Origin: Cystobasidiomycetes sp. EMM_F5
Taxonomy: Eukaryota
DNA: 54,673 nt
NCBI GenBank assembly: GCA_051047955.1
Contig: JBPGPT010000041.1
Coordinates: 62,001 to 116,673 of the forward strand
Reading direction: 5' to 3'
A program made the position numbers and the translations under genes. This document shows positions 23,503 through 35,832 of the stretch, one piece after another. The notes beneath the pieces were generated by a model. The model saw only the letters and a program-made list of their open reading frames with translations, was not told where the DNA came from and did not search any database. Each line of letters starts with the position of its first letter. The stretch's first letter is position 1.

Positions 23503-25151
23503 CTATGACGGACGGTAAACAGGCAACTCTTCCAACACAAATCTAAACACTTCCTGATCCATGAGGTTTTGAAACTCTGCCACCAGAGCATTCTCATCCA
23601 CACCTCCACTCGCGTCCGTCTTTGGCAGCAACTTCTTCTTTCCGCTCTTGTCCTTCTTACCGACGAGTCGTGCAGTAGCTTGATCGGCATTGGGGGTAAA
23701 TGGGGCGAAAAAAGTCTGGAGGGAGGCTAGAGTCTTCTTTGCTTGTTTCTGGTCGGGCGTGATGGCACAGATAAAGTAGTCTGCCGGCAGGCCGTAGCGT
23801 AGCACGCATTCGACGTATGAGGACACGACTTTGAGGTGAATGATGAGAGAGTAGGCTTCTGCAAAGTTTATTCGCGACACGCGCAGCAGGTCGGTCTGCA
23901 AAGTCGGAACAGATGGCGTGAGACAGCGTCAGAGCCAGAATTGACATCAAAGTAGGACTGCATCCTCACCCATAAGTCCTTCTCGCTCGCTTCGAGCTCG
24001 GTCAACTCTTGCCGTTGCTTCTCAATGACTGCCTGGTCGTACTTGTACTCTCTGACCATAAACTTGTTTTCCCTGCACTTTTGCACAAACTCGTCGTGCA
24101 CCCTTCTGAATATCGTGACGGTATAGAGGACAAACTCTTCGTCCTGGGTGATTCTGTTTGCGCTCCGTGGTACGACCATGCCAGCAAGATGCTCATACTT
24201 TGCCTCAAAGTCCTTTACGTTGTTTTTCGGCACTGCTACAAAGACGAGTTCGAGGTACTCGCTCTCTCCGAGATCTGGTATCTGATCCTTCTGTACGACG
24301 GTCGACAAGTCTCGTATTGCTAGGTTTCCGATTCGCTTTCGCTGGAGTACTGCGAGTTGTCCCTTTGCGGCATTGTAGGCCGACAGCTTCTGCTTGTGGA
24401 TGGTGTCTAGGGACTGGACGTCCTTTGCGAGTGCATCTACGACGTCTGTCAGAGCCCTCCCTTCTACACGGTACTTTCTCCTATTCCACTGCCACCCGTT
24501 GGCAGAACTGGACGGGTCTGAGAATGTTGCTGCTACTGCTGCACTGCCGGATGCTTCGTCGAGGTATGCGCCGTTGCTGAGCGGTGTCAGATACGGCTGC
24601 CCATCTTCGGTGAGGAGGTGCTTTGTGAATGTCGAGGCCGAGTCGCCGGCAGACTGTGTGAGGTTGCGGATGGTGTCTAGAGGAGTAATTGAATGAGATG
24701 GGTGTACATTATAGATTGATTGAGCCACGCACCGACAATCTTGTCTGTGACGCCCTCAAACACTGCCTGGTGCTTGGATATGGTATCTGCGAGGCTGACG
24801 AGGGACGACAGGGTTCCGGTCTGAGTGAGAAGATGAAGAGTATGCAAGTGAGCATGTCGTTTAGCGCGTTTAGGATATGTCACTCGAGAATGGCCATCGT
24901 GAGGCTGATTCCGCGACATCCAAACATCCAACCATCCCACCATTCTCCGTCAACGTTTATATTACACCCACCTTGAAGTCTGCAAACTCGACCCTGCTCA
25001 CCCCGCCAGTCCCGCTCCCGCTCCCGCTCCCAGCCCTCTTTCCTGCGCTGCTCGGATCCAGCTGGACTGCCAGGTCGGCGAGCATCTCATCGCGGTCGGC
25101 AGCGTGCGATAAAGGCGACGACACGAGCCATACGGTGTTGGGCTGGGGCAT
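23503..25151 (-). CDS. VMA5: V-type proton ATPase subunit C, multi-exon
   Basis: WLVSSP, FK/TGTLSSLVSLAD, WQWNRRKY, YNAAKGQL...RKRIGNLAIRDL, ESEYLE..FVAVPK, MVVPRSA, HLKVV..YVECVLRYGLPADY. Introns include 24822-24972 and 24677-24732. Confidence 0.95.
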
Positions 25152-25457
25152 GTTGAAGTGGGCAGCAGCCAGTTGGACTTGGAGCAAGCGAGTAGATTAA
25201 AGGTGGATTAATCAAGAGTCTAATCAATCAGAGTAGTTGCATGCAGGATGATTATAATTACAAGCACTCTGATTACAACTGCCCTCATTCATTCCATCCA
25301 TCCACATTAATACTTTACTCCTACATATGCTGTTGTAGTAAATGTCAATTACGATCAACGCCATTCTATGCTCCACACCCACTCCATGACAATGTAGAGT
25401 AACCCCCTGCAATGCAATGCTACTACTACTGACCCGCCCGCTGCTGGGCTCGTCGCG

Positions 25458-28400
25458 ATGGATGCCGTTCCAGAAGGTCCAGAGACGGACACCATCAGCC
25501 AGGCTCGCAACGCTCAATCTCAATCCCAGGCAGCCCCGTATCTGAGACCCACCTCTCCTCGCCCTCGCAATGCCGTATCCATCTCTCCGTCGGGTTACCC
25601 TGTCCCGTCGTCCAGGTCGTCAGAGCGGAGACCCTCCCTCGTACGCGCGAGATCTCACTCGAGCAGCCGTGAGAGCTCTCCCTCTCCACAGAGCGATCCT
25701 GCCTCCTCGCCCGCTCTCGACGGCGTCCCAGGGAGTCGGAGTATAAACACCCCGATCAACCAGAGTCATGTCTCAGTCCAACATTCCGCATCCGACAGCC
25801 CAGACGTAGCGAGCAGCGTACAAGGCATGTCGGGAATAGACCCCCGTACAGCATCAGACATTTCAACCGCTTCAGCTCCAGACGCCGTCGAATCGTCCTT
25901 TCCAGCATCCTCATCCGTAGAGAATGCTGCTAGTCCTCTACAACACAAAGCCATCCCCACGACTGCCCCTACAACATCACGGACATTTGCTACATTTGCC
26001 GGACGAATCAAGGAAGGGCTAGGAGAGCGACCGCGGACGCTGAGCGTATCGAGCACGCACTCTGCGAGCGACGACAACCCCTCCCTCCCTTCATCACGCC
26101 GGCAACCCCTACGCGGTCTCAGCAGAGGTCGTGCTCTTCCCCTCTCTGGCACGCGGAGTCTTGCAGAAGTCGCCATATCCAAGCCTAGCGTTGGCTTTAC
26201 GACAATATCAGGCCAGGACTCTATCGGAGCGGGTGCTGCAGGCGTCCTGTTTAGTATGAGCAGTAGTCCGCCTGCCAATGCCTCTCCTCTTACTGCCACT
26301 GCCCGCTCGGGCGTACGCAACTCGGTAAGCAGTTCGGGGAGCATACCGTCCGTATCTGGAGCGAGTGGCTCTGGCGGAAGTACAGGAACGGGAGCAGGTG
26401 GATGGTCCTTCTTTCGCTCCTCATCTTCCACAAATACAAATGCTGGTAGTAGTGGGTCGGGGATAGGAATGGCCAATCCGAAAAGTAGCTTGCACTCCAT
26501 CTCGTACTCTTCCCTCAAAGGTTTGGCTGCAAGCGCTAGTAATGCGAGCTTTTTGGGAGGACAGGGACCAGGTGCGGCGATGGAACCAATGCTCTCCCCT
26601 ATTATCGGGACGAGCGGTACGACAACGCCGCTTGGGCACCCTCACCCTCACCAGGACGGATCAAGCGATAGTGGCCGGCATACTCCGCTCGTAGGGCTCC
26701 ATATGGCCAACCACTCCCAAACCGATGCTGCAGTAATGAGTTCCGGGGTGGGCGACGACAGGTACCGCACGGGAATGCAAGCTCAGATCGACGCAGCTTT
26801 TCGAAGAAGCAGGCCCTCATTGTCCGCATCATACCAAGTCTACGAGAGTGCACCGAACGGCACTCAAGCTGGTAGAAGCGGGTTTCAGGCACCCTCAGGC
26901 CTATCCGTTGGACGGAGGAAGCCCAGACAGTACTCGCACAGTGCAGCAGAGTCTTCAAGTAGCACAAAGGCAAAAAAGGCAGAAGGGCTTGTAGCTTTTG
27001 CCGTACGGGGTGAAAGTACCTCTGATGACGCTCGTGTTGTAGTGGGCGGCAGAAATCGTAAGTCTCTCAGCATTGATTGTTGCATCACGCCCCACAGCTG
27101 AAATTGGTTCGAAAGTGCTAAAAATTCTATCCATCAAGACACCCCATGGAAGGCGTCGGCAAGCTTCTGCGAGTGTGGATGACGATGAAGGCAACCTCGA
27201 CTATTCTGCTTCAACCTTCTATGGTAGTGTCAGAGATCGATCCCCCGACGCGCGAGCAGGCAACGACGAAGAAGAGTACGATGGCAGATCAAGGCGCTCG
27301 ACCCATGTTTGCATTCAAGAAGAAGTCGATCTGCAGGCAGGCCTGTATCATGCTTCTAACAAAACGCCAAGGGCGGCTCTGATCAATGACGTTAGCTGGG
27401 GATTCGGTCGTGGGTCGCGATCTAGAGGCTGTTCTTCGGAAGATATGAGATTGACATGCACTCCGTCTATTACAGTCACGGCAAACAAGGTGTTGACCGG
27501 CAATTCGAATGGCACTGTGACGTTATATGACCTTGAGAAGTCTGGATCGAAATTAGGTAGGACGACTGGTAGTTCTTGATTTTTGCTTGTCTAACATATA
27601 ATGCGTAGAACGACTGAAAACCATGCACCAGTCGGGCAGACCAATCAATGTGTGTGCGTTCGGCGGCGTGCCAGGCCAAGGCACGCTGATGGCTTCAGGC
27701 TGTCAAGATGGCGATGTCAAGGTCGCCGACATTCGGCACTCGCACCTCATCACGCTCTCGACGCCCCTTGACCCGGTCCGCTCTATCTGTTTTCCTCCTC
27801 AAGAAAATTGTACAGCAGACCCATACTATCTCTTTTCAGTGTACGAGTCAGGAAACCTTGCTCGATGGGATCTGCGCCAACCAAAAATGGCACTAGACCG
27901 TACCTTGGCTCATCAAGGTGGTGCAATCAGCCTCGATTGGCGGGGCACTTTCCCGAGTGATCGTGGCGGAATCTCACCTGAACTCGGTAGTGTTGCAGGC
28001 GATTGGGGTTGGGTCGTCACTGCCGGTATGGACGGCACGGCAAAGGTGAGATTATGTTAGTGGACATCACTGAACGCTGAAGCTGAGATACTGCTCGTTA
28101 CATAGATTTGGAACATGTCGTCTTCACCGCGTACCCCTAGACTGGTTCGCACGCTCCACGTCAACAGGCCGATTGGCTATGTGAGATGGCATGGATCACC
28201 GAGCCGGCCATCCGATGTAGTTGTCGTACCTCTATCAGCGTCTTCAGCCGTAGGCGGCCAGCTAGACTCGAATTGGCAGCCGAATGTGGAGATCTGGGAT
28301 GCAAGGCGAGAGTATGTGCCCAAACAAACGTTCTGGACAGACGGAGTCGCCATTTGTGAGTTTTCGACCGATGGACGTGACTCGGCTGATATGTGATCGT

Positions 28401-30915
28401 GTACGCTCAGCCGCAACTAGCCCGTTCTTCAATGGGGATGTTCTATATGCACTTAGCAAGAATAGCTCCACATTTGAACAGATTGATATCGAGAAAGAAG
28501 CTGCTAATCCGATGGACTATCTACCTCGTGCAGCTACGGCTTGGTCTGCTGAAGGGACTCTTGCCGCAACGGTCGGAAGCCTCGCATACGATGCAGACAC
28601 CCAACTTCTCGCAAGGTTTGATCAATTTTCCCGATTTCTGCGAGTTGCAGGCTGACTGCTTGACCAGTGCTTCACCGAAGATTGACGTAGACGAGCAAGT
28701 GACAATAAGAGGGCAATCGACAGCAATCATTGAGGGTGCAGAAGTAGACTTCGATCCTGAAGTCTTTCGCTACCTCTCAGAGCAGTATCATTTCCGATCG
28801 CGGCCTGACCAAGCCCTGTCTGTTTCGTGCCAACTCAACGCACAAGCTGCTGCTTCAGCCAAAAAGTACGATGCTTCCAAGATGTGGCTACTCATTTCAG
28901 AATGGCTAGTCAGTGAAGAGAAGGAAGCGGTTGCTAAGAAAGCTAGCGAGAATTTAGAAGCCAGCAAATTGCGCAAGGAAAGACCTCCCTCACCTCCCAA
29001 GCTGACAGGCAAGCAGCAATTTCGTTCATCCTCTGGCACTGTCGCGCATCACCATTTGCAACGCGACTTGCATTCCTCACGCCATAGTTCGCCCCTGGTC
29101 ACCAGTCAAGTACTTTCCGAAGCCGATATATCTCCCGGACCATTCGCTGCTATGGATTTGCCCGCAGCAGAGAATTTGCAGCCGCCTCCGATAAAGGCCA
29201 GCAATCTCTTTTCGGCAGTCGAGTATGTCGCAGACGACACCAGCGATACCTCGACAGATCCAGAGACCGAGACCGGCGCTCCTGAGACAGACAGGCCATT
29301 GCCAACGGGAAGCAAAGAAGATGACACGCGTGCTGATACTGCAATCTCTGCAATGTCCCGTTCCGCTGCATCGTTGCTGACTAAAGTACGACCTGCTCTG
29401 CCAGCCATAAGTCGTCAGACATCGCCAGATCACTCAGCCGCAGGCCGCAGTCATGGCCGGTCCGCCCTGACCAGTCCTGCCCATGCCGTGCCGAATGCCT
29501 TCTCGCAGCGATCTGATCTGGACTTTCCTTCGCCATCAACCGCCAGTAAAATAGCTGCGTCCGGTACTGCCGTACATAAGCCTTCGGCTCTTGCTGCACA
29601 AGTCAATGCGGTCGACATGAGCCGCGGATCTTCTGGCACTGTGCGCGGTGGCGCCGGGGATGCTGCGAGCGACTCTGAGCCAGACGTTACGATCAGCCGA
29701 CAAGATCCAGCGTCCTTAGAAGAGCCTGAAGGAAACGACGATGATGAAGATCACGAAAACACAGCAGATGCTCTAAGACAGCGTGCTCAGCGCAGACACG
29801 CTGCAATCTTGAACAGGAGGGATCATCAAATACCGCGGTATGCGGGCGATAGACGTGGACGAGCCAACTCGAGCGGGCTAGAGCAAATTCGGAGCCGGTC
29901 GACCAGCGCACAACGAAAGACATTTGCTACATCGGCAAGTCGTAACAGCAGCCGCTCTGCATCCTCACGAGGGCGTCGCAGTCGCAAAGTGTCGCAATCG
30001 CGACATGATAATCGCATGGCTGATCAGGCAGATGCTCAAAATCGAGCTGCCAAAGACTTGATGACCCAACGAATGGAAGAACATCTGACACGTATGGTGC
30101 AGGACCTTGCCGATGAAGGGGATATTCAGACCAGTACAGTATTGGCGCTGCTGCTGAGAGAGCGTCTCGGCCTACCAGGCTACCAGGTAGCTCGTTTGTC
30201 GACGGCGTATCTCGGTGAGTCGGCATTGCAGCAGGTCATGGCTTGGAAGCTGAAAAGCGTGCGTTCTAGGCTTGTTGCGCTTGCTGGACTGCCATGCAAA
30301 CGCTGCAGGCATATCGAAAGCTTCGACTGTAGATAGCATTCGAAAGACTACGCTCGACCATACCACGCTACATACAGCCTGTGGCAGATGCGAAAAAGCA
30401 ATAGTTTCGCCACCCTTCAATAAATGCCTAAGGTGCACCGCCGTGACAACCGTTTGCAATTTATGGCAAGTCTGTCGGTTACCGTGGACTAGCTTATTAC
30501 TTATCTGCCTCTTTTCAGTCACAAGGTTGAATTGCACGCACTCATATTCTGCGCGACGTGCGGGCATGGTGCACACGAAAAGTGTCTGTACGAGTACGCC
30601 TCGGAATTATCATCGTCACCCTTTGATGACGTTGTTCACGAGGACGAGTGCGTTCCGTGGAAACCTTCTCGCATCATCACCACACCCTCAACTGTCCCAT
30701 CATCACCCCTGGTGCCGTCAGGATCATCTACTGTACACTGGCTGTTCCCTCACGAGCATGCCCTCTTCTCCTCGGCCGGACCTTCAAGAATAGGTTCACG
30801 AGCTGCTTCTCCAGACCCTCACGACGAAAAGAGCCGGCAGATCCTTCTCAGCCAGTGCCCTGCCGGCTGCGGACACCAATGTCTGCTAGATTTACCGTTT
30901 GCAGAAACGGCTTGA
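25458..30915 (+). CDS. RTC1: GATOR2/SEACAT subunit Sea2/Rtc1 (WDR24 ortholog), multi-exon
   Basis: WD40 blades (SGCQDGDVK, WDLRQPK...AHQGG..LDW, TAGMDGTAK, IWDARREYVPK), CQLNAQAA...ASKMW, GDIQT, C-terminal zinc module CGRC...CLRC...CNLC..CATCGHGAHEKC...CPAGCGHQC, which matches the WDR24-type terminus. Confidence 0.88.
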
Positions 30916-31119
30916 AACCATATGTAGCATAGTATTTCGGTATTCGAAGGCTCTTGAGCGATGTGCCGGCACTTGCCCTTTTCCGACAATTGAGATCCAA
31001 TCTGCACCACGCCGCCAGCGCTAGCGGACGGCTACAGGGCGTACTCTGCAATATCAGACGTCGACTGGCAGTATCGATACCGCTGGGTGTACCACCAGCT
31101 CGTCAAAGTGTCGGCCAAG

Positions 31120-32336
31120 ATGGAAGGACTGAGGATGGTCACCCGGTCGCTGCCTGGCGTTGTTCGGGATCCGCTGATTGCACTGATTGGAAAGGAATGC
31201 TACACGTCGCTCGTTTGGTGAGAAGCCAACCCTGGTGCGTTGTGCGAATGCCCGACTTTGTTGACCGGCCACATCCCCGCAGGAATATCGATATCAGCGA
31301 CGTGCAGTGCATCAAGTACAGCGTAAGCAAGGCTATGGGACTCGGTCTTGGTGAGCAGTGGTGTTGGCTCGTCTTTAAAAGTTCCATACTGACTTGCCAT
31401 ATTGCTCGTCACAGTGGCAGGTGGGGGTATCGTCAAGGTGGGCAAGCCAAAGAAGCCGACAGCTCGAATGCTGATTGTCATGTTGACGCTCAGATACCGC
31501 AAATCCTCAAAGTCCTGCGATCTGGCTCAGCGCGAGGGCTCAGTCTCGCTTCGTACCTGCTCGACACCGCGGGGCTGCTAATAACAGTCGCTTATAATGC
31601 AAGGCAACACTACCCCTTCTCCACGTACGGCGAGAATGCCTTCCTCAGCGTGCAGAACGTCATTATAGTGTAAGTGGCTCAACGACACGCCTTCCCCTCA
31701 GTCCTATCTGACTCTCTGCGTTGTTTTTGCAGATTCCTCATCTTCGCCTTTTCGAGGTCATCTGGCAAAGCATTCAAGAGTCTTGCATTTGCTGGAACGC
31801 TGGCAGCGTCCACATACAGTCTCTTCTCCTCGGACGTGACGCCAATTAGCGTTTTACGCAACCTGATTGTTGTGGTGACCCCGCTGTCGCTAGCCAGCAA
31901 AATCCCCCAGATCGCTACCATCTTCTCCAACGGTAGTACCGGTCAGCTTTCCGCATTTCTAGTCTTCAGCTCGCTTGCTGGCACTCTAGGCCGCGTTTTC
32001 ACAACGATGACTGAGACTGGGGACAACACGCTCTGGTGGAGTTATGTCTCGGCTTCCGCACTGAATGCAGTCATAGCCTTGCAGATGCTCTATTACTGGA
32101 ACAAGGACTCGCAGATCAAGCCGCGAAGCAAGACTGCGACGTCTTTCGTCAAGGTAAACTCGAAAGACGAAAAGTCAGACTCGTATGCCGAGGTAGCAGC
32201 GCATACACCTGCGCCTTCTGCGCCAGTAGTAGATGCTACTCCGAGCAAGCCTGTCGGTGCTGCCATAAACGCACGCACACCTGCCAAATCCACACCGAGG
32301 TCATCGTCGACCCGATACACGCGTAAAGTGGATTGA
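31120..32336 (+). CDS. MPDU1: Mannose-P-dolichol utilization defect 1 protein (PQ-loop), multi-exon
   Basis: Spliced MEGLRMVTRSLPGVVRDPLIALIGKECYTSLVWNIDISDVQCIKYSVSKAMGLGLVAGGGIVKIPQILK...GLS...PFSTYGEN; second PQ loop SKIPQI...NGSTGQLSAF...RVFTT..ETGD. Confidence 0.92.
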
Positions 32337-32480
32337 TAAACGTCTGCGCTGCTGTACCATTACCAACCCTACGTTGTCATGAAAGGCAGCAGCACTAGCT
32401 ACTGACTATTGCGCATCTCGAAATCGTCAATCTTAATAACCGGTCATCTTGTTGCCGGAGCTGTTCTTGCTTTCGCCAAC

Positions 32481-33805
32481 ATGGCTTCACCAGCGACCAG
32501 CACCAGCACCCTGAGCGATGCAGACCCCGAGCATGACCATCATGACTCTGCGACGTACAATCCAGTGGTCCGCATCAATGCCCTGTACAGGTCGTTTCTG
32601 CTGTCAAACTCGCAGCGCATCCACCAGGTCGAGAGCAGCGTCCGCAATCTGACTTGGTTTCTGCCGTCCCAAGGGCTCAGCGTCGAGTCGGTCTACACAT
32701 TCTTAAACCTCCTCTCCCTCTACCACGACTCGCTGCTGGCGAGCTCGCCCGAAATGATTGCGGTAAATGCCTCGAGCTCTGCGACTTCAACGCTCGCACT
32801 GCCGACATCGCCGCATACTCGTTATACAAAGTTCTGGTTAAAGCAGAGTCGCTTGTACAAGGGCGTTGCGCGGGCACTGTCAGTCATTGCGTACGCTCAG
32901 CTCCTCCTCGAAATGGCCGGCAAGAAGTACAAAGGGGAACGAGGGCGATGGAGGGTCGTCATAGGCTTAGAGACTGTAAAGTCAGCTTTTATGCCTTGCG
33001 CTAAATCACCGATGTGCTGATTGCCGTCGATCTTGGTTGTTATCAGAGCGTTATTGCGGCTGGTACTGCTGCGACTGACAGCGCAACGGACAGTCTTGCA
33101 GCCAAGCATACCGGAGAGAGAGGTTGATCCTTCTACTCTAGCCCAAGCTGAAGCTAGAGCCAAGTCACCCGCTGCTGCAGTCCCCGAGACATGGAAGGCA
33201 GCCCGGAGCGGCTTCGAATTGCCAACAATCGCTTCCTTACGGTCACAAGCTGGTGGTGGTGCACTCCGAGTGGAGAATGAAATTACCGCATTCTTGCAGA
33301 AGAAGGTCTTGACTATCGATGGAGTCTGCAAGCCGTACGATCTGGTTCGCAAACGCCACGGACTGGGCGTGATTGCCGAGATTGTGTGGATCTTGAGGCC
33401 TTTGATATACGGTGAGCCGCATCAGCATACTCAGTATGTATGATAGATTCTGATGGCTTGCTGCACAATCTAGTCTTGGCTCTCAAGCGCTACGGCAAGA
33501 AGCATCTGTATCCATTCCTACTGTCGCTCGCACTAGAATATTTCGCATATCAGAACATGGCAGACACGTTGAGAGCGAGTTCAACACGTGGCGGTACAGA
33601 AGTTGAGAAGCAAGAGCTAGCAAAGAGGCGGAAAGCCTTCTGGGCGTACTGTTTCCGCGGTCCACTCTGGTATGGCTGGACTCGCGAAAGGGTCGAAGGC
33701 TTCACGGCAAAGTTCCAGGGCGTTTTTGGCATTGGTCTCATTGCCAATATCGTCGACGAGTACAAGCACCTCATCGATGACTACCACTACTATTCGTCAT
33801 CGTGA
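32481..33805 (+). CDS. PEX16: Peroxisomal membrane biogenesis protein Pex16, multi-exon
   Basis: YRSFLLSN...VESSVRNLTWFLP, LSLYHD, SPHTRYTKFW, QLLLEM, RWRVVIGLETVKALLRL, PEREVDP, AEIVWILRPLIY, ELAKR...YCFRGP.W..WTR, DYHYYS. Confidence 0.93.
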
Positions 33806-34305
33806 CCGACACACGCCGGGCTGAGTCTCAAGCGGTGCCCCAGCGGCCCCGACCACGCTGTGTTGATCTCGAAGTCCATAATGCTCGGCAACCTATTTTC
33901 GCTCAAGCTATCCGAAGCAATCTTTGTCGTTGTGCCTCTAATGCCAATCCAGTCGCGTCTGTTTCAGCACTGTCGCTCACGTGCATCCTTCGCTAGCGGC
34001 GGCTGCAATTGCTGGAGAAATGCCGCTGACCTTTGACGTCTCCGAGCTAGCGTATGCTGTGCCGCTTTCAAGCCGACTGATCAGCTGGACCCGGTAGCTG
34101 GACGGCAGGCACAGCAAGCGGAGCAGTAGCGGGATTGCCTTTATATGAGGTCTTGAGGCTTGCACTGCACTACAGCGCATGTTGATAGCCAAAGCTGAGC
34201 CCTAGCTGATGTTTGTGGCTTACGGGCTTGACCTACAGTTCTTCTATACTCAGCATTCCCGCATCCCATTTTCCGCAACCACAGCAGTTCAACTCAACCA
34301 TCGAT

Positions 34306-35124
34306 ATGGCCCGCTCTGCAATCACAGCCAAGACGACGCTGAAGAGCAGCCCGCCAAAAACCAGGCATGTCTCCAAGGTCGCCGGCAGGCGGACAAGGGT
34401 GCCTTATCCTATCAATCATCCGCTACCACAACTTTCGTCATACGCGAAGTGTAGAACGGCTCAAATAGCTGATAGTACACCCGTTGACTGCGAAAGACTG
34501 CTCATTCGCAAGCGGAATGTAGCTAAAAGCCTCAGCCAAAGCCTGCTCGCCATGGCAGTGCTTACCGAGATTGAGCTTGTCAACACAATTCATCGAGAGA
34601 CTCTCTCTGTACGCAAAGACCTCATCCGGAACGCTTTCTATCTCCCGGCTGTGCGCCTCTGCGCCACGAACGACCTGCCCACTTCAGGCGTACGTAGCTT
34701 ACAACGCCGGACGAGATATCTGCACAACATCTTGTGCGAAAAGTACCTTGCTTTACATGCGCAGCCTGTACCGACAGCCTTGTCTGCACCTGGCTATACC
34801 AACTTATATCAACCCTACGCCACCCCTATCGTGATCGGGCGGATACAGACATGGTGGACAGAGATGGTCCTTCCTCCTCGTCAAGCTGTATGTCAGCTGG
34901 CTGTAGACATCGAAAAAGTAGTCGATTCCAAGCCCGGACTCTCACTGTTGTCAAGAAAGCAGCAAAATGCTTTGTTCAGAGAGCGAGCGGGAGCACAACT
35001 GCTACGGCTGGATTCAGAGCTTCTTCTGGCAACGCCTGCATGCGTGGGCTTCTCGTATCTCATTGAAGATCTCGATGGGCACTTGGAGCAAAAATACGAA
35101 TTAGCAGATACTTACAGCATGTAA
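34306..35124 (+). CDS. Hypothetical protein (about 270 aa) with a basic N-terminus, no recognised family
   Basis: Long open frame 34213..35124, first ATG at 34306, TATA-like TTTATAT near 34140. A possible in-frame short intron near 34449-34496 cannot be excluded. Confidence 0.5.
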   Translation: MARSAITAKTTLKSSPPKTRHVSKVAGRRTRVPYPINHPLPQLSSYAKCRTAQIADSTPVDCERLLIRKRNVAKSLSQSLLAMAVLTEIELVNTIHRETLSVRKDLIRNAFYLPAVRLCATNDLPTSGVRSLQRRTRYLHNILCEKYLALHAQPVPTALSAPGYTNLYQPYATPIVIGRIQTWWTEMVLPPRQAVCQLAVDIEKVVDSKPGLSLLSRKQQNALFRERAGAQLLRLDSELLLATPACVGFSYLIEDLDGHLEQKYELADTYSM

Positions 35125-35410
35125 AGTAGGATATATTGCTGCACACATCAATCAATGGGCAAACGGGTCAAATGGAAGTGCGCTATCTTCTCTGTCGCGT
35201 TGAGTGAAGGATGCCAGCAGATTGTTGATAAGCAGCTGGGTTGGGAAGACAGGGCAATGTTCACTTAAAGGGGTAAGGGATTCATCGAATAACGCCGTAC
35301 AACCGCGACGAGAAGGGTGCTACAGATGACGTGACAAATCTTTCAGCCACAGTGGAAGTTGCAGAGTTTTGCCCTGTGCTCAGGTTTTGGAAACAAGCTG
35401 TCCGTCGTAA

Positions 35411-35704
35411 TCACGATCCAGCAATTTGTGCCTGTTGCGGAGATGGTCCGCGGGATCTTGGAGGTGAGTGTGGACCGTCCTGTGGTGCATCTGCTGTAGG
35501 TTGCGTCTGCCGCGAGTTGTGTCTAGATGGACCATTTTTCTTGCTGTGACGACCTCCAGACGGTGGCACTTGAGTATTTCTAGTCTTTCTTGCGTTTCTC
35601 ACGGCGTGAACGGCCGGCCATACACAACAGGTTGCCATAGCCAAACATACGATTCCTGAACTGAGCCCAACACGATCTGCCGTCCTATGCCTGTTGTGGG
35701 CCAT
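35411..35704 (-). CDS. Microprotein A (97 aa) with a Cys-containing hydrophobic segment and a basic/Pro-rich tail
   Basis: SSGIVCLAMATCCVWPAV and DGPHSPPRSRGPSP align with microprotein B; ATG start, no intron needed. Confidence 0.65.
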   Translation of the reverse strand: MAHNRHRTADRVGLSSGIVCLAMATCCVWPAVHAVRNARKTRNTQVPPSGGRHSKKNGPSRHNSRQTQPTADAPQDGPHSPPRSRGPSPQQAQIAGS

Positions 35705-35818
35705 CTGAGGAGTTGTTGAGCAGTGCGAGAGGTGTTTAAAGCGGAGCTATCGGCACGGAGGTCGTTATGCAAAGCAGAGGATGAAATTGCAAAGTGTCAG
35801 TTGCACGTCCCGACTCCG

Positions 35819-35832
35819 GGGACAGCCTTTAC
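35819..35832 (-). promoter_or_regulatory. Conserved upstream element GTAAAGGCTGTCCC of microprotein A
   Basis: 13/14 identical to 36699-36712 and at a near-identical distance from the ATG. Confidence 0.45.

Noticed and set aside
33802..33996. 64-aa ORF ending CILR as a possible pheromone precursor
   Set aside because: Non-ATG start overlapping the PEX16 stop, Arg is not a usual CaaX X residue, no repeated peptide units, and no STE3-like receptor or homeodomain gene in the window.
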